Positions 37,630 through 52,706 of a DNA stretch of 64,000 nucleotides are shown in pieces (positions within the stretch are counted from its first letter, which is position 1; each line of letters opens with the position of its first letter). The notes beneath the pieces were generated by a model. The model was given only the letters and a program-made list of their open reading frames with translations, had not been told where the DNA came from and searched no databases. Origin of the DNA: Convolutriloba macropyga (Eukaryota); the NCBI RefSeq assembly GCF_964194025.1, contig NC_134473.1, positions 63,116,001 to 63,180,000 of the forward strand, in the 5' to 3' direction. The position numbers and the translations under genes were made by a program.

Positions 37630-39440
37630 AATATCATTTTAGGCGCTCAATCATTTTTATTGTTTTAACGTTTAACAGTTGTAGCGATTTAGGTAAACTG
37701 TTCCATTTATTTACTGTTGAGTGGAAAAAAGTTTTGTTGAGATAATTTGTCAAGCAGAGATCTTGGAAGATGAGTTTCTTTCTTCGATTATGTATGTGGT
37801 AATTTGCACTTGGAAGCTTCAAGTTACCTTTGAGCGCTAGCTTTTGATTGATGATGTAGACAAAAAAAATTAAGCATATGTCAATTCGATGTGGAATACT
37901 TAAAACGTTTTTGTTGATTCTCACATCTATTAACCTTTTATATTTAGAAAAAAGTTGTCTTCAATCCCCAGTTCAATTTCCGTTCCACCGAGATTATTAT
38001 CTCCTTAACTTTGACCATTAACAAAAATCTATCAGCCGAGTAATCTATAAGCGATAACACAATCGTTGAAATTAGTTTCTAAAGTTTTTGTTGGGAGCTG
38101 AATCTTTATTGTTTGTATGGTTTTAATTTCTGCTACCATGCTCTAAAGATTTTTTTTTGACTTTCAAAACTGAGAGTTCAAACTGTAGTTTGTTATCAAT
38201 TAGTATACTGAGCTACTTGCATTCGCTTTTTTCAATAAGTTTTATTGTCGACCATTAAAATTTCCAAATCATTGATTTTATTCCTACAACTTGGCTTATA
38301 ATTGATATATTCCGTTTTCTCTGCGTTCATATTTAGTTGACGGCTTTTAAAGCTTGAACTCACCCTGCTAAAACTTTCTGATAAATCTTTTTGTGTTAAG
38401 TGGTCAATATCTGAAGAAAATAAAAAGCAGTCATCTGCATGTTTTGCATAGGGTTCAATGAATTTTTGAGGTCGTAAACGTATAAATTATGCGGCAATGA
38501 AACGAGCACCGTCCCGTGGGGCACGCCTTGTTTCACTTGGTGCCTACTGAAGTAGACATCATTGACACCGACTCGTTGATACCTATTAACTTTATTAGCG
38601 AGAGTTTAAATCCCATTTCCTTCAGTTTAAGTAAGAGCATGAGAAATAGATTCAAATGCTTTTTATAAGTCCAGTAAAGCCTCGAGTGTATATGTTTTCT
38701 CATCATTTTTTTCGAATTGACTCGGTTAATAAGAGTAAGGCATCGCTAATTGAAACTTCTTTCTCAGTGCAAAATGCTCTTCACTCTTTACGTTATGCGT
38801 CAAAGATAATCTGAAATTTGTTTATAAATTATTTTATCAAAAATTTCGGAAAACGCATTAGTGATTGATATAGTATGTAGTCAAAAACATTTAGCGGATC
38901 ATCCTTTTGAAGGAGTTGTTACCTTTGCAAATTTCAACGGTCTGGGAAATTTTGTTCTCTCCAACTTTTGTTGGGTATGTAAGATTAATGAGGAGCGATT
39001 ACGTGCATGGTCCTAAGGGCAAAAACGTCAATTAGTTTATTGTGATTTAGTTTATCAAATGGTGCATTCAAAATTTGCAGTAAAATTGCACGGTTGGCCT
39101 TTGTCTACTGCAGCCATCAGGATATCGGCCACCTCTATCAGCGGTTTCTGTCGAATGGCTGTTCTTGTATCCCAATTGATAATTGAACAAGAAAATTATG
39201 GCTTTCAAGATTTGCTGGTAGCTGGATAAGAACGGTTTTCTCAAATCGTTCTTGGAAAAGCATTAGATTAGTGCTCGGCTTATAGTTGTCTAGCGCGGGC
39301 TTCTTATGAAGTCTAGCAGGGACCTTTTTATAAAATAAATTAGCTACTGCTACTAAATGGAACAAATTTTCAAAGACTCTTGAGATTAACTGAAAGAATT
39401 CTATTGAGATTACCTGAAAGAATTTTATTTTGGTCAAAAT
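37630..39440 (-). mobile_element. Degenerate LINE RT fragment(s) (CR1/L2-like)
   Basis: KWNSLP, KYL.ILID.KL.F, GVPHGTVL, KAFESISH and NYKP..NL...FEK.VLIQL motifs on the minus strand. Confidence 0.8.
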
Positions 39441-39899
39441 TAGTACGCAGGCCTAGTACCCTATTTTTTAAATCGATATATTCTGAAATTAACACTTTTT
39501 ACGCTTTTCGGCGAGCTAAAGTAACACATGCAAATATTAATAAAATTAACCAAATATGAGTCGTTAGTTTATCTTGACAAATGCACATTAGATTATTGTT
39601 TTTTGACATAGTTGATACAGATTTGAGTAGTTGATACAGTTAGCCATGCAATCAACCCCAACATTTCAGTACCTTATCTACCCCAGTAAAATAAAACGTT
39701 CCATTCCATAGAAAAAACACTGCTCGTCTGAGTCTTATGCGCTTAGCAAAAAATGTTCCAACGCACCTAAGTTTATCGAAAATATATATCGGTAAAAAAA
39801 TATATAGAATACGTATTCTTGAATTATACTGCAGCAAACAGTAAAAGTATCCTTTGAAGAAAATTTCAGGAGTCATTTTGGACAAAAAGCAAAGATAAC

Positions 39900-42800
39900 G
39901 CTCCTAACAACAAAACCATTGAAAGATTACCTCAACAGATATTATAGGACTCAGACTCCTTTTTTTCGCAGGAAGTAATCCATAAACGTATGAAAAACCA
40001 GGCGAAATAGTTATGATGAATCCAACTTATTTGATATCCATATGACAGCGGGTAAAAATACCAACTCATTTCATAGCCTCACTGAAGAAACTAAAGAAGG
40101 CTGGCTTTTCCTAACTGACAAGGCAGACAACAGATCTGTTCTTCAGATATTACATGAGAAACACCCGAATCAAGCAAACGCTGATCTCAGTTACTTACTC
40201 TGGAATGACAAACCAAATTTGCCCTACCATCACTCAAAATTTGTCGAAGTAAATGTCTCGTCCATAAGAATCTCAGCTATGAAGGAGCATGGAAGCCATG
40301 ACCAATCGCGGCTAAACGCCAAAGAATGCTGCTCTCAACATAAAACAAAGCGACATAAGAATTTTGCAAAACAATTGGTGAAGTAGCAAAATGCGTAGGA
40401 ACTAACAATTTCACATTCCTTATTCCCTATAACACATGTAGGTTGATAGCTCTCGAAAAGTCTGGCGGAGTCCGGCCAACCGAAGTAGGCGAAGTCTCAA
40501 GACATATCATTGTGAGAGGAATCGTGTAATTTGCTATAAAAGATGGAGGAATTTTTCACACAATTCATTCATTGTGAGCAGGTTTTCAAAATAGAGTCGA
40601 AAGCCATCTGTCTTATTGATGCAAAAATTGATTTCATTAGCGTGACCGAAGATCTTGCATTTAAAATGAGTTTAAAACCTTCCTTCCCTTGCTCTGTTCA
40701 ATTCATTTCGTGAGACATCAATTTTACGAGTCCATAGATTTTAGGAACGATTCTATATCAAAAATATATCACAAAAGGCAATCCACTAGCAAATTAAATT
40801 TATGGGAATGCTATAACTGCCTTAATTTTATTTCCAGATATCCCCGCCCGCGTACTTAAAACATCGGAAAATATCCCCACCACTTGTAAGGGTTGAAGTT
40901 TAGACAATCTTTAGACCTTATGGTCCCTTTGTTGAGTACAAGTGATTATTTGAAGACCCTTATCTCTATCAGCAACACAAAATGAGATAAAGCAACAGAA
41001 GAAGCTTCGAATACAAACAAACATAGCTGGCAGATTGCCAGAAAATAGCCGCAATAGATTCGTAGATCGGCAGTCTAAAAAAAAACACTAAAAAAGACAG
41101 ACCAAAAAAATTTGTCTTTTCATTGAAGGCTGATCTGTTAAGTTTTGATTTAAAATCTGTATAAGTTATTGCTCCCTCTATTAGCTGCTCTCTAACAACC
41201 TTCATTTAGAGTGACACACACCCATTTGACCTTATCTCTTTGAATTAAAGTAAATAAAAGTCAACATCAAAGTGAGGAAGTCATTTTTGAGAGTGGGGTG
41301 AGTCAAGTGTGACCAAAAATTTAATCAGGCGAATGAACAAAAAACTAGCTCCACTAAGAACGAAAAATGACGTCACGCATGCAATTCAGTTGGAATTGCA
41401 TGAACGAATGAACAAAAAGTGGCTGTGACTTCATATGGTCGTAACAAAAACCATGACGACGAAATAAAAAACATAGCAGGACAAGTCCTGAAATACAATC
41501 GAAAGAATTGAATGAAAAACAAACCTAATGAACCTTACCAGCAGATCAATTGAACAATCCCAACCATGAAGACAAAAAGTTGAGAACCCAAAAGAATCAA
41601 ACAAACTAAACAAAAAAAATCATTGCTAAAACTCTTGGAGCCTTTAACCTGAAGGCCATAGATGACACAGTTCAAAATTATCATTAATTCACGGACAAGC
41701 TTTGCAAGAGATTATTTTGCCACTGAATGTAGATAAACTCGAGAGCTTCAAAAAAACTGAGAAAAGCAAAATTTAAAGAAAGTTTCTATATGTCGCTTGA
41801 AAAAAAGTTAAAAACCAATCATTTTTATCTTTGGAATTCTGTCAGGTAACACATCTGCAAGACTTAGAAAAGCTTCAAGGGACAAAAAAGGTCGTTAAAC
41901 TCAGAAAATGAATTCTAAGAATTCTAAACATTTAAAAAAAATGTTTTTCAGAAAAATTCAAGAAAATTTTAACAAAGTCTTGCTAAAAACGTGATATTGT
42001 AATCTTCAGAACTCTTTCATTGTCTCCGGAGACCATCCATTGAACCTTTTGCAAGCGTTGAATAGCTTCACTGGCTCAAAAAGGTCCACAAAATTGTAAC
42101 ATGATAAAAATTTTTAGAAAATTTTAAAAAATTGTAATTTTATCAAGATATTGCTGAAATTCGTGTTGTTAGTCTATTGATATGCATTCCTTTACCTCTA
42201 TCAACTATGCAGTAACTGATTATCAAACTGTGGAGGAGTTCCCTGGGCTGTGGTGCAGGAAAAACTCAAAAATTTTCAATACGTTAAAAAAACTTGAAAA
42301 ATAGCAAGTTTTATTTTTAAAAACCTGCTAAAATTTGTGATTTTAAAAAGTTGACAACAATTTTATTGCCACTAGAAACTATGCAGCAACAAACTTGAAA
42401 ACCTCATAGAAGGTTCCCTGGCCAGTGAGAAAAAATACTAAATTTACAGAAATTTAAAAAAATGCAGTTTTTCTTTTAAAAAATCGCTAAATTCGAAATA
42501 CTAAAATCTTGAAACACATTCCCCATTACAAATAAAGCTATGCAGTAAATTGACTATGCAATAAAACCACTCCACTACCACTAGAAATTATGCAATAAAC
42601 TATTATTAAAACCAAGAGGAGGCTTCTTGAAACCAGGGGCTGAAAAACCCCAAAAATTGTCAAAAACCTTGAAAAATTTTTTTAAGAATTTGTATAAATT
42701 TGGGCGTTTACGTTTGGAGTACCAAAACATATAGCTCTTAAAATGGCCATAAAACGTAATTACTTCACGTCAAACACCATTATGAAGCTTCACAAAGCTC

Positions 42801-43490
42801 AATATCGGACTGGTCCAACAAAAAAATTGGAAAAACGACGAAAAAATGCAAAAATTTGCAACAATTTGAGCTCAAAAACTCCTAAAATTGACCTTATAAC
42901 CTTGAATTACGGCCTTCCCAGTAGCTTCAACACTCTAAGCACATGAAGGACACCTAAAGCCCGCTGAGCTTCACCTGTTTATCCCTTTTTGAAAGCTCAA
43001 AGTTATGAAAAGATGTGAAAACATCTTGCAAAAATAATAAAAAAAGAAAATTGAGCATCAAGTTGGCTGAGAGGAATGCCACTAACGATACCATTTTGTC
43101 ATTAAAAAGCGAATTTGGTGATGATACTGCCTGAAGTTAATGCTGTAATTCAACTGTGTGTTTGCCTGCAGAGATGATACAACGTTAGACTTTCACGCTA
43201 ATGTTTTTGTCACGCTAATCATTGTTTAGCATACCTTTTTTTCGGCCGCAGAATTTTCAGTTTGTTGCCAAAAAAAACTCCACTATCAAAGGATGAATTA
43301 TGTTAGAAAGCATTTTCATGCCCTCTTCCGCTTCCGTTCGATCGCACTGGTGGATCTTACTTTTAACCATCGAAGGTGATTAAAGATTTAGCCTGAAAGT
43401 AGTAGTAGTTCAGGATTTAGGGTCTTCCCAGGGGTGCTTCGGGGACTCCCTTGCTTTCGTGTCGAATTTTTAACCGAACTTCGTTAGCGG
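39900..43490 (+). mobile_element. Degenerate CRE-like (restriction-like endonuclease) non-LTR retrotransposon, interrupted at 41021-43046
   Basis: LQILHEKHP and CRLIALEKSGGVRP.EVGEV.RHII appear before the interruption. After it come ASSWL.GMPL..YHF, CAC and a VEIFN-like RLE segment near 43460. Confidence 0.75.
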
Positions 43491-43556
43491 GTTGCACAGC
43501 CCACACTATTATAAGTTACCTGCTAACAAGACTAGTCAATAATAATTAATTAATTA

Positions 43557-43593
43557 CAACAAACGTTTTCGCTTAACTAGCATCATCAGGTTA
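43557..43593 (-). ncRNA. Minimal type I hammerhead ribozyme, copy 1
   Basis: Minus strand reads UAAC-CUGAUGA-U-GCU(AGUUA)AGC-GAA-AACGUU-U-GUUG. This gives the core boxes, a 3-bp stem II, a palindromic stem III and stem I UAAC/GUUG. Confidence 0.8.
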
Positions 43594-45087
43594 GGAAATT
43601 TTAACAACCTAAAGTTGGAGTGTTTACAACTAAAATGATTTGAACTTATCATTTGAGTTTGTCACGATTTCATATGTTCAAACTCTGAAATTTGAATTGA
43701 ACGAAGTTTTTCTCTCAATTGCATCCAGTTTTGCAAAATTTTTGCTGTTTTTCATTCATTTTCTTTGAACTTTTTTATTTCATTTCCTTGAATGGCACTA
43801 TTTTTCAAACTTTCACAATCATTTGGTATTCGATTTCATCAGCATGTAATTTTTGAAAGAAATTTTGAAACTTGTAAACTAATATTTGAGTGTTAGCTCT
43901 CTGCTCCTGTAATCGTGCCGCGTGTTAAGTGCCGGCTTCCGCTGCGCAAAGTAAATGGCTTCCAGTGTCATTAGTTATTGCGAGTCGTTGCACTAATCAA
44001 TGACACGCCATTCAAAAGCTCGCGAAGTGCCACAACGTTTACAAAATGTACAACTGGGAAGTCTGTTTTTTGATGCTCCGAAATCCTTGTGGCGATATGT
44101 CTGCAGATCTGCCCGACACATGGTATCCAATTAAAACAGAAGAGGCTAATTGAGAAACTGCAAAAAGACGCCACCAAATGGATATGCTTGTCTGAATCTG
44201 AATACACAAAGCGCTTCATAGAAACGGAACTGTTACCAGTGTCACTCTACGCAAAACTCCAAAGCTTTTTTTATTGTACTGCTCGGTTATTGTTGGAAGA
44301 TACGACATCGAAATTACAATTTTATCATATCAAGGCAAACGAGAGAACGAGACAAAATATCTTCACCACTTGTAAGGTTTTAAGTTTAGACAATTGTTAG
44401 ACCTTAAGAATCCTTTGTTGAGTACAAGTGATTATTTGAATACCCTTATCTCTATCAGCAACAAAAAATGAGATAAAGCAAAAGAAGAAGCTTCGAATAC
44501 AAACAAAAACGACAGATATATTATGGATGAATTTATTAAAATTGAGTATCGCCCACTTGATTTCACTTTTGAAAATTGAACATCAAGTTGGCTGAGAGGA
44601 ATGCCACTAACGATACCATTTTGTCATTAAAAAGCGAATTTGGTGATGATACAGCCTGAAGTTAATGCTGTAATTCGACTGTGTTTGTGCCTGCAGAGAT
44701 GATACAACGTAAGACTTTCACGTTGATGTTTTTATTACGCTAATCATTGTTTAGCATACTTTTTTTGGCCGCAGAAATTGCAATCTACTGCCAAAAAAGT
44801 ATTTCCACTATCAAAGGATGAATTATGTCAGAAAGCATTCTCATGCCCTCTTCCGCTTCCGTTTGATCGCACTGATGGATTTTATTTTTAACCATCGAAG
44901 GTGATTAAAGAATTAACCTGAAAGTAGCAGTAGTTCCGGCTTTAGGGACTTCCCAGGCGTGCTTTGAGCTTTGAGACTACCTTGCTTTCGTGTCGAATTT
45001 TTAACCAAATTTCGTTAGTGGGTTGCACAGCCCACACTATTATAATTTATTTGCTAACAGGACTAGTCAATAATAATTAATTAATTA

Positions 45088-45124
45088 CAACAAACGTTTT
45101 CGCATAACTAGCATCATCAGGTTA
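45088..45124 (-). ncRNA. Minimal type I hammerhead ribozyme, copy 2 (stem II variant)
   Basis: Same motif, but stem II is GCUAGUUAUGC (third pair lost). Confidence 0.65.
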
Positions 45125-46610
45125 GGAAATTTTAACAACCTAAAGTTGGAGTATTTACAACTAAAATGATTTGAATTTATCATGTGAGTTTGTCACGATT
45201 TCATATATACAAAATCTGAAAATTAAATTGAACGAAATTTTTCTCTCAATTGGATCCAGTTTTGCAAAATTTTTGCTGTTTTTCATTCCTTTTCTTTTAA
45301 CTTTTTTATTTCATTTCCTTGAATGGCACTCTTTTTCAAAATTTCGCAGTCATTTGGAATTCGATCTCATCAATGGGTAAATTTTGAAAGGAATTGTGAA
45401 ACATGTAAACCAATATTTGAGTGTTAGCTCTCTGCTCCTGTAATCATGCCGCGTGATAAGTGCCGGCTTCCGCTGCGCAAAGTAAATGGCTTCCAGTGTC
45501 ATTAGTTATTGCGAGTCCTTGCACTAATCAATGACACGCCATTCAAAAGCTCGCGAAGTGCCACAACGTTTACAAAATGTACAACTGGGAAGTCTGTATT
45601 TTGATGCTCCGAAATCCTTGTGGCGATATGTCTGCAGGTCTGCCAAACATATGGTATCCAATTAAAACAGAAGAGGCTAATTGAGAAACTGCAAAAAAGA
45701 CGCCAACAAATGGATATGCTGGTCTGAATCTGATTACACAAAGCGCTTCATAGAAACGGAACTGTTACCAGGGTCACTCTAAGCAAAACTGCAAAGCTTT
45801 TTTATTGTACTGCTTGGTTATTGTTGGAAGGTACGACATCGAAATTACAGTTTTATCATATCAAGGCAAACGAGAGAACGAGACAAAATATCGTCACCAC
45901 CTGTAAGGGTTGAAGTTTAGACAGTCTTTAGACCTTATGAATCCTTTGTTGAATACAATTGATTACTTAAAGACCCTTATCTCTATCAGCAACAAAAAAT
46001 GAGATAATGCAACAGAAGGAGCTTCGAATACAAACAAAAACGACAGATATATTATGGATGAATTAATTAAAATTGAATATCGCCCACTTGATTTCACTTT
46101 TGAAAATTGAGCATCAATTTGGCTGAGAGAATGCCACTAACGATACCATTTTGTCATTTAAAAGCGAATTTGGTGATGATACTGCCTGAAGTTAATGCTG
46201 TAATTCGACTGTGTGTGTGCCTGCAGAACTGATACAACGTTAGATTTTCACGCTAATGTTTTTGTCACGCTAATCATTGTTTAGCATAGCTTTTTTTCGG
46301 CCGCAGCATTTGCAGTCTACTGCCAAAAAAAATTCCACTATCAAAGGATGAATTATGTCAAAAAGCATTCTTATGCCCTCTTCAGCTTCCGTTCGATCGC
46401 ACTGTTGGATCTCACTTTTAACCATCGAAGGTGATTAAAGATTTAGCCTGAAAGTAGTAGTAGTTCAGGATTTAGGGTCTTCCCTGGCGTGCTTTGAGAC
46501 TCCCTTGCTTTCGTGTAGAATTTTTAACCAAATTTCGTTAGTGTGTTGCACAGCCCACACTATTATAATTTATTTGCTAACAGGACTAGTCAATAATAAT
46601 TAATTAATTA

Positions 46611-46647
46611 CAACAAACGTTTTCGCATAACTAGCATCATCAGGTTA
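46611..46647 (-). ncRNA. Minimal type I hammerhead ribozyme, copy 3 (stem II variant)
   Basis: Identical to copy 2. Confidence 0.65.
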
Positions 46648-48135
46648 GGAAATTTTAACAACCTAAAGTTGGAGTATTTACAACTAAAATGATTTGAATT
46701 TATCATGTGAGTTTGTCACGATTTCATATATACAAAATCTGAAAATTAAATTGAACGAAATTTTTCTCTCAATTGGATCCAGTTTTGCAAAATTTTTGCT
46801 GTTTTTCATTCCTTTTCTTTTAACTTTTTTATTTCATTTCCTTGAATGGCACTCTTTTTCAAAATTTCGCAGTCATTTGGAATTCGATCTCATCAATGGG
46901 TAAATTTTGAAAGGAATTGTGAAACATGTAAACCAATATTTGAGTGTTAGCTCTCTGCTCCTGTAATCATGCCGCGTGATAAGTGCCGGCTTCCGCTGCG
47001 CAAAGTAAATGGCTTCCAGTGTCATTAGTTATTGCGAGTCCTTGCACTAATCAATGACACGCCATTCAAAAGCTCGCAAAGTGCCACAACGTTTACAGAT
47101 TGTACAACTGGGAAGTCTGTTTTTTGATGCTCCGAAATCCTTTTGGCGATATTTCCGCAGATCTGCCCGACACATGGTATCCAATTAGAACCGAAGAGGC
47201 TAATTGAGAAACTGCAAAAAGACGCCACCAAATGGATATGCTTGTCTGAATCTGAATACACAAAGCGCTTCATAGAAACGGAACTCTTACCAGGGGCACT
47301 CTAAGCAAAACTGCAAAGCTTTTTTATTGTACTGCTTGGTTATTGTTGGAAGGTACGACATCGAAATTACAGTTTTATCATATCAAGGCAAACGAGAGAA
47401 CGAGACAAAATATCGTCACCACCTGTAAGGGTTGAAGTTTAAACAATCTTTAGACCTTATGAATCCTTTGTTGAGTACAATTGATTATTTAAAGACCCTT
47501 ATCTCTATCAGCAACAAAAAAATGAGATAAAGCAACAGAAGAAGCTTCGAATACAAAAAAAAACGACAGATATTTTATGGATGAATTAATTAAAATTGAA
47601 TATCGCCCACTTGATTTCACTTTTGGAAATTGAGCATCAAGTTGGCTGAGAGGAATGCCACTAACGATATCATTTTGTCATTAAAAAGCGAATTTGGTGA
47701 TGATACTGCCTGAAGTTAATGCTGTAATTCGACTGTGTGTGTGCCTGCAGAGATGATACAACGTTAGACTTTCACGCTAATGTTTTTGTCACGCTAATCA
47801 TTGTTTATCATACCTTTTTTTCGGCCGCAGAAATTGCAATCTACTGGCAGAAAGTATTTCCACTATCAAAGGATGAATTATGTCAGAAAGCATTCTCATG
47901 CGCTCTTCGGCTTCCGTTTGATCGCACTGGTGGATCTTACTCTTGACAATCGAAGGTGATTAAAGGTCTAGCCTGAAAGTAGCAGTAGTTCAGACTTTAG
48001 GGACTTCCCAGGCGTGTTTTGAGACTCCCTTGTTTTCGTGTCGAATTTTTAACCGAACTTCGTTAGCGGGTTGCACAGCCCACACTATTATAAATTACCT
48101 GCTAACAGGACTAGTCAATAATAATTAATTAATTA

Positions 48136-48172
48136 CAACAAACGTTTTCGCTTAACTAGCATCATCAGGTTA
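48136..48172 (-). ncRNA. Minimal type I hammerhead ribozyme, copy 4
   Basis: Identical to copy 1. Confidence 0.8.
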
Positions 48173-49658
48173 GGAAATTTTAACAACCTAAAGTTGGAGT
48201 ATTTACAACTAAAATGATTTGAATTTATCATGTGAGTTTGTCACGATTTCATATATACAAAATCTGAAATTTAAATTGAACGAAATTTTTCTCTCAATTG
48301 CATCCAGTTTTGCAAAATTTTTGCCGTTTTCATTCCTTTTCTTTTAACTTCTTTATTTCATTTCCTTGAATGGCACTCTTTTTCAAAATTTCGCAATCAT
48401 TTGAAATTCGATTTCATCAACATGTAGATTTTGAAAGAAATTTTGAAACATGTAAACTAATATTTGAGTGTTAGCTCTCTGCTCCTGTAATCATAACGCG
48501 TGTTAAGTGCCGGCTTCCGCTGCGCAAGGTAAATGGCTTCCAGTGTCATTAGTTATTGCGAGTCCTTGCACTAATCAATGACACGCCATTCAAAAGCTCG
48601 CAAAGTGCCACAACGTTTACAGATTGTACAACTGGGAAGTCTGTTTTTTGATGCTCCGAAATCCTTTTGGCGATATTTCCGCAGATCTGCCCGACACATG
48701 GTATCCAATTAAAACCGAAGAGGCTAATTGAGAAACTGCAAAAAGACGCCACCAAATGGATATGCTTGTCTGAATCTGAATACACAAAGCGCTTCATAGA
48801 AACGGAACTGTTACCAGGGTCACTCTAAGCAAAACTGCAAAGCTTTTTTATTGTACTGCTTGGTTATTGTTGGAAGGTACGACATCGAAATTACAGTTTT
48901 ATCATATCAAGGCAAACGAGAGAACGAGACAAAATATCGTCACCACCTGTAAGGGTTGAAGTTTAGACAATCTTTAGACCTTATGAATCCTTTGTTGAGT
49001 ACAATTGATTATTTAAAGACCCTTATCTCCATCAGCAACAAAAAAAATGAGATAAAGCAACAGAAGAAGCTTCGAATACAAAAAAACGACAGATATATTA
49101 TGGATGAATTTATTAAAATTGTATATCGCCCACTTGATTTCACTTTTGAAAATTGAGCATCAAGTTGGCTGAAAGGACTGCCACTAACGATACCATTTTG
49201 TCATTAAAAAGCGAATTTGGTGATGATACTGCCTGAAGTTAATGCTGTAATTCGACTGTGTGTGTGCCTGCAGAGATGATACAACGTTAGACTTTCACGC
49301 TAATGTTTTTGTCACGCTAATCATTGTTTATCATACCTTTTTTTCGGCCGCAGAAATTGCAATCTGCTGCCAGAAAGTATTTCCACTATCAAAGGATGAA
49401 TTATGTCAGAAGGCATTCTCATGCGCTCTTCGGCTTCCGTTTGATCGCACTGGTGGATCTTACTCTTGGCCATCGAAGGTGATTAAAGGCTTAGCCTGAA
49501 AGTAGCAGTAGTTCAGGCTTTAGGGACTTCCCAGGCGTGTTTTGGGACTCCCTTGTTTTCGTGTCGAATTTTTAACCGAACTTCGTTAGCGGGTTGCACA
49601 GCCCACACTATTATAAGTTACCTGCTAACAAGACTAGTCAATAATAATTAATTAATTA

Positions 49659-49695
49659 CAACAAACGTTTTCGCTTAACTAGCATCATCAGGTTA
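49659..49695 (-). ncRNA. Minimal type I hammerhead ribozyme, copy 5
   Basis: Identical to copy 1. Confidence 0.8.
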
Positions 49696-51181
49696 GGAAA
49701 TTTTAACAACCTAAAGTTGGAGTGTTTACAACTAAAATGATTTGAACTTTTCATCTGAGTTTGTCATGATTTCATATATACAAAATCTGAAATTTAAATT
49801 GAACGAAATTTTTCTCTCAATTGCATCCAGTTTTGCAAAATTTTTGCCGTTTTCATTCCTTTTCTTTTAACTTCTTAATTTCATTTCCTTGAATGGCACT
49901 CTTTCTCAAAATTTTGCAATCTTTTGAAATTCGATTTCATCAACATGTAAATTTTGAAAGAAATTTTGAAACATGTAAACTAATATTTGAGTGTTAGCTC
50001 TCTGCTCCTGTAATCATACCGCGTGTTAAGTGCCGGCTTCCGCTGCGCAATGTAAATGGCTTCCAGTGTCATTAGTTTTTGCGAGTCGTTGCACTAATCA
50101 ATGACACGCCATTCAAAAGCTCGCGAAGTGCCACAACGTTTACAAGTTGTACAATTGGGAAGTCTGTATTTTGATGCTCCGAAATCCTTGTGGCGATATG
50201 TCTGCAGGTCTGCCAAACATATGGTATCCAATTAAAACAGAAGAAGCTAACTGAGAAACTGCAAAAAGACGCCACCAAATGGATATGCTTGTCTGAATCT
50301 GAATACACAAAGCGCTTCATAGAAACGGAACTGTTACCAGGGTCACTCTAAGCAAAACTGCAAAGCTTTTTTATTGTACTGCTTGGTTATTGTTGGAAGG
50401 TGCGACATCGAAATTACAGTTTTATCATATCAAGGCAAACGAGAGAACGAGACAAAATATCGTCACCACCTGTAAGGGTTGAAGTTTAGACAATCTTTAG
50501 ACCTTATGAATCCTTTGTTGAGTACAATTGATTATTTAAAGACCCTTATCTCCATCAGCAACAAAAAAAATGAGATAAAGCAACAGAAGAAGCTTCGAAT
50601 ACAAAAAAACGACAGATATATTATGGATGATTTTATTAAAATTGTATATCGCCCACTTGATTTCACTTTTGAAAATTGAGCATCAAGTTGGCTGAAAGGA
50701 CTGCCACTAACGATACCATTTTTTCATTAAAAAGCGAATTTGGTGATGATACTGCCTGAAGTTAATGCTGTAATTCGACTGTGTGTGTGCCTGCAGAGAT
50801 GATACAACGTTAGACTTTCACGCTCATGTTTTTGTCACGCTAATCATTGTTTATCATACCTTTTTATCGGCCGCAGAAATTGCAATCTGCTGCCAGAAAG
50901 TATTTCCACTATCAAAGGATGAATTATGTCAGAAGGCATTCTCATGCGCTCTTCGGCTTCCGTTTGATCGCACTGGTGGATCTTACTCTTGACCATCGAA
51001 GGTGATTAAAGGCTTAGCCTGAAAGTAGCAGTAGTTCAGGCTTTAGGGACTTCCCAGGCGTGTTTTGGGACTCCCTTGTTTTCGTGTCGAATTTTTAACC
51101 GAACTTCGTTAGCGGGTTGCACAGCCCACACTATTATAAGTTACCTGCTAACAAGACTAGTCAATAATAATTAATTAATTA

Positions 51182-51218
51182 CAACAAACGTTTTCGCTTA
51201 ACTAGCATCATCAGGTTA
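51182..51218 (-). ncRNA. Minimal type I hammerhead ribozyme, copy 6
   Basis: Identical to copy 1. Confidence 0.8.
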
Positions 51219-52706
51219 GGAAATTTTAACAACCTAAAGTTGGAGTGTTTACAACTAAAATGATTTGAAATTTCATCTGAGTTTGTCATGATTTCATATA
51301 TACAAAATCTGAAATTTAAATTGAACGAAATTTTTCTCTCAATTGCATCCAGTTTTGCAAAGTTTTTGCCGTTTTCATTCCTTTTCTTTTAACTTCTTAA
51401 TTTCATTTCCTTGAATGGCACTCTTTCTCAAAATTTTGCAATCATTTGAAATTCGATTTCATCAACATGTAAATTTTGAAAGAAATTTTGAAACATGTAA
51501 ACTAATATTTGAGTGTTAGCTCTCTGCTCCTGTAATCATACCGCGTGTTAAGTGCCGGCTTCCGCTGCGCAAGGTAAATGGCTTCCAGTGTCATTAGTTT
51601 TTGCGAGTCGTTGCACTAATCAATGACACGCCATTCAAAAGCTCGCGAAGTGCCACAACGTTTACAAGTTGTACAATTGGGAAGTCTGTATTTTGATGCT
51701 CCGAAATCCTTGTGGCGATATGTCTGCAGGTCTGCCAAACATATGGTATCCAATTAAAACAGAAGAAGCTAACTGAGAAACTGCAAAAAGACGCCACCAA
51801 ATGGATATGCTTGTCTGAATCTGAATACACAAAGCGCTTCATAGAAACGGAACTGTTACCAGGGTCACTCTAAGCAAAACTGCAAAGCTTTTTTATTGTA
51901 CTGCTTGGTTATTGTTGGAAGGTACGACATCGAAATTACAGTTTTATCATATCAAGGCAAACGAGAGAACGAGACAAAATATCGTCACCACCTGTAAGGG
52001 TTGAAGTTTAGACAATCTTTAGACCTTATGAATCCTTTGTTGAGTACAATTGATTATTTAAAGACCCTTATCTCTATCAGCAACAAAAAAAATGAGATAA
52101 AGCAACAGAAGAAGCTTCGAGTACAAAAAAAAACGACAGATATATTATGGATGAATTTATTAAAATTGTATATCGCCCACTTGATTTCACTTTTGAAAAT
52201 TGAGCATCAAGTTGGCTGAAAGGACTGCCACTAACGATACCATTTTGTCATTAAAAAGCGAATTTGGTGATGATACTGCCTGAAGTTAATGCTGTAATTC
52301 GACTGTGTGTGTGCCTGCAGAGATGATACAACGTTAGACTTTCACGCTAATGTTTTTGTCACGCTAATCATTGTTTATCATACCTTTTTTTTCGGCCGCA
52401 GAAATTGCAATCTGCTGCCAGAAAGTATTTCCACTATCAAAGGATGAATTATGTCAGAAGGCATCCTCATGCGCTCTTCGGCTTCCGTTTGATCGCACTG
52501 GTGGATCTTACTCTTGACCATCGAAGGTGATTAAAGGCTTAGCCTGAAAGTAGCAGTAGTTCAGGCTTTAGGGACTTCCCAGGCGTGTTTTGGGACTCCC
52601 TTGTTTTCGTGTCGAATTTTTAACCGAACTTCGTTAGCGGGTTGCACAGCCCACACTATTATAAGTTACCTGCTAACAAGACTAGTCAATAATAACTAAT
52701 TAATTA

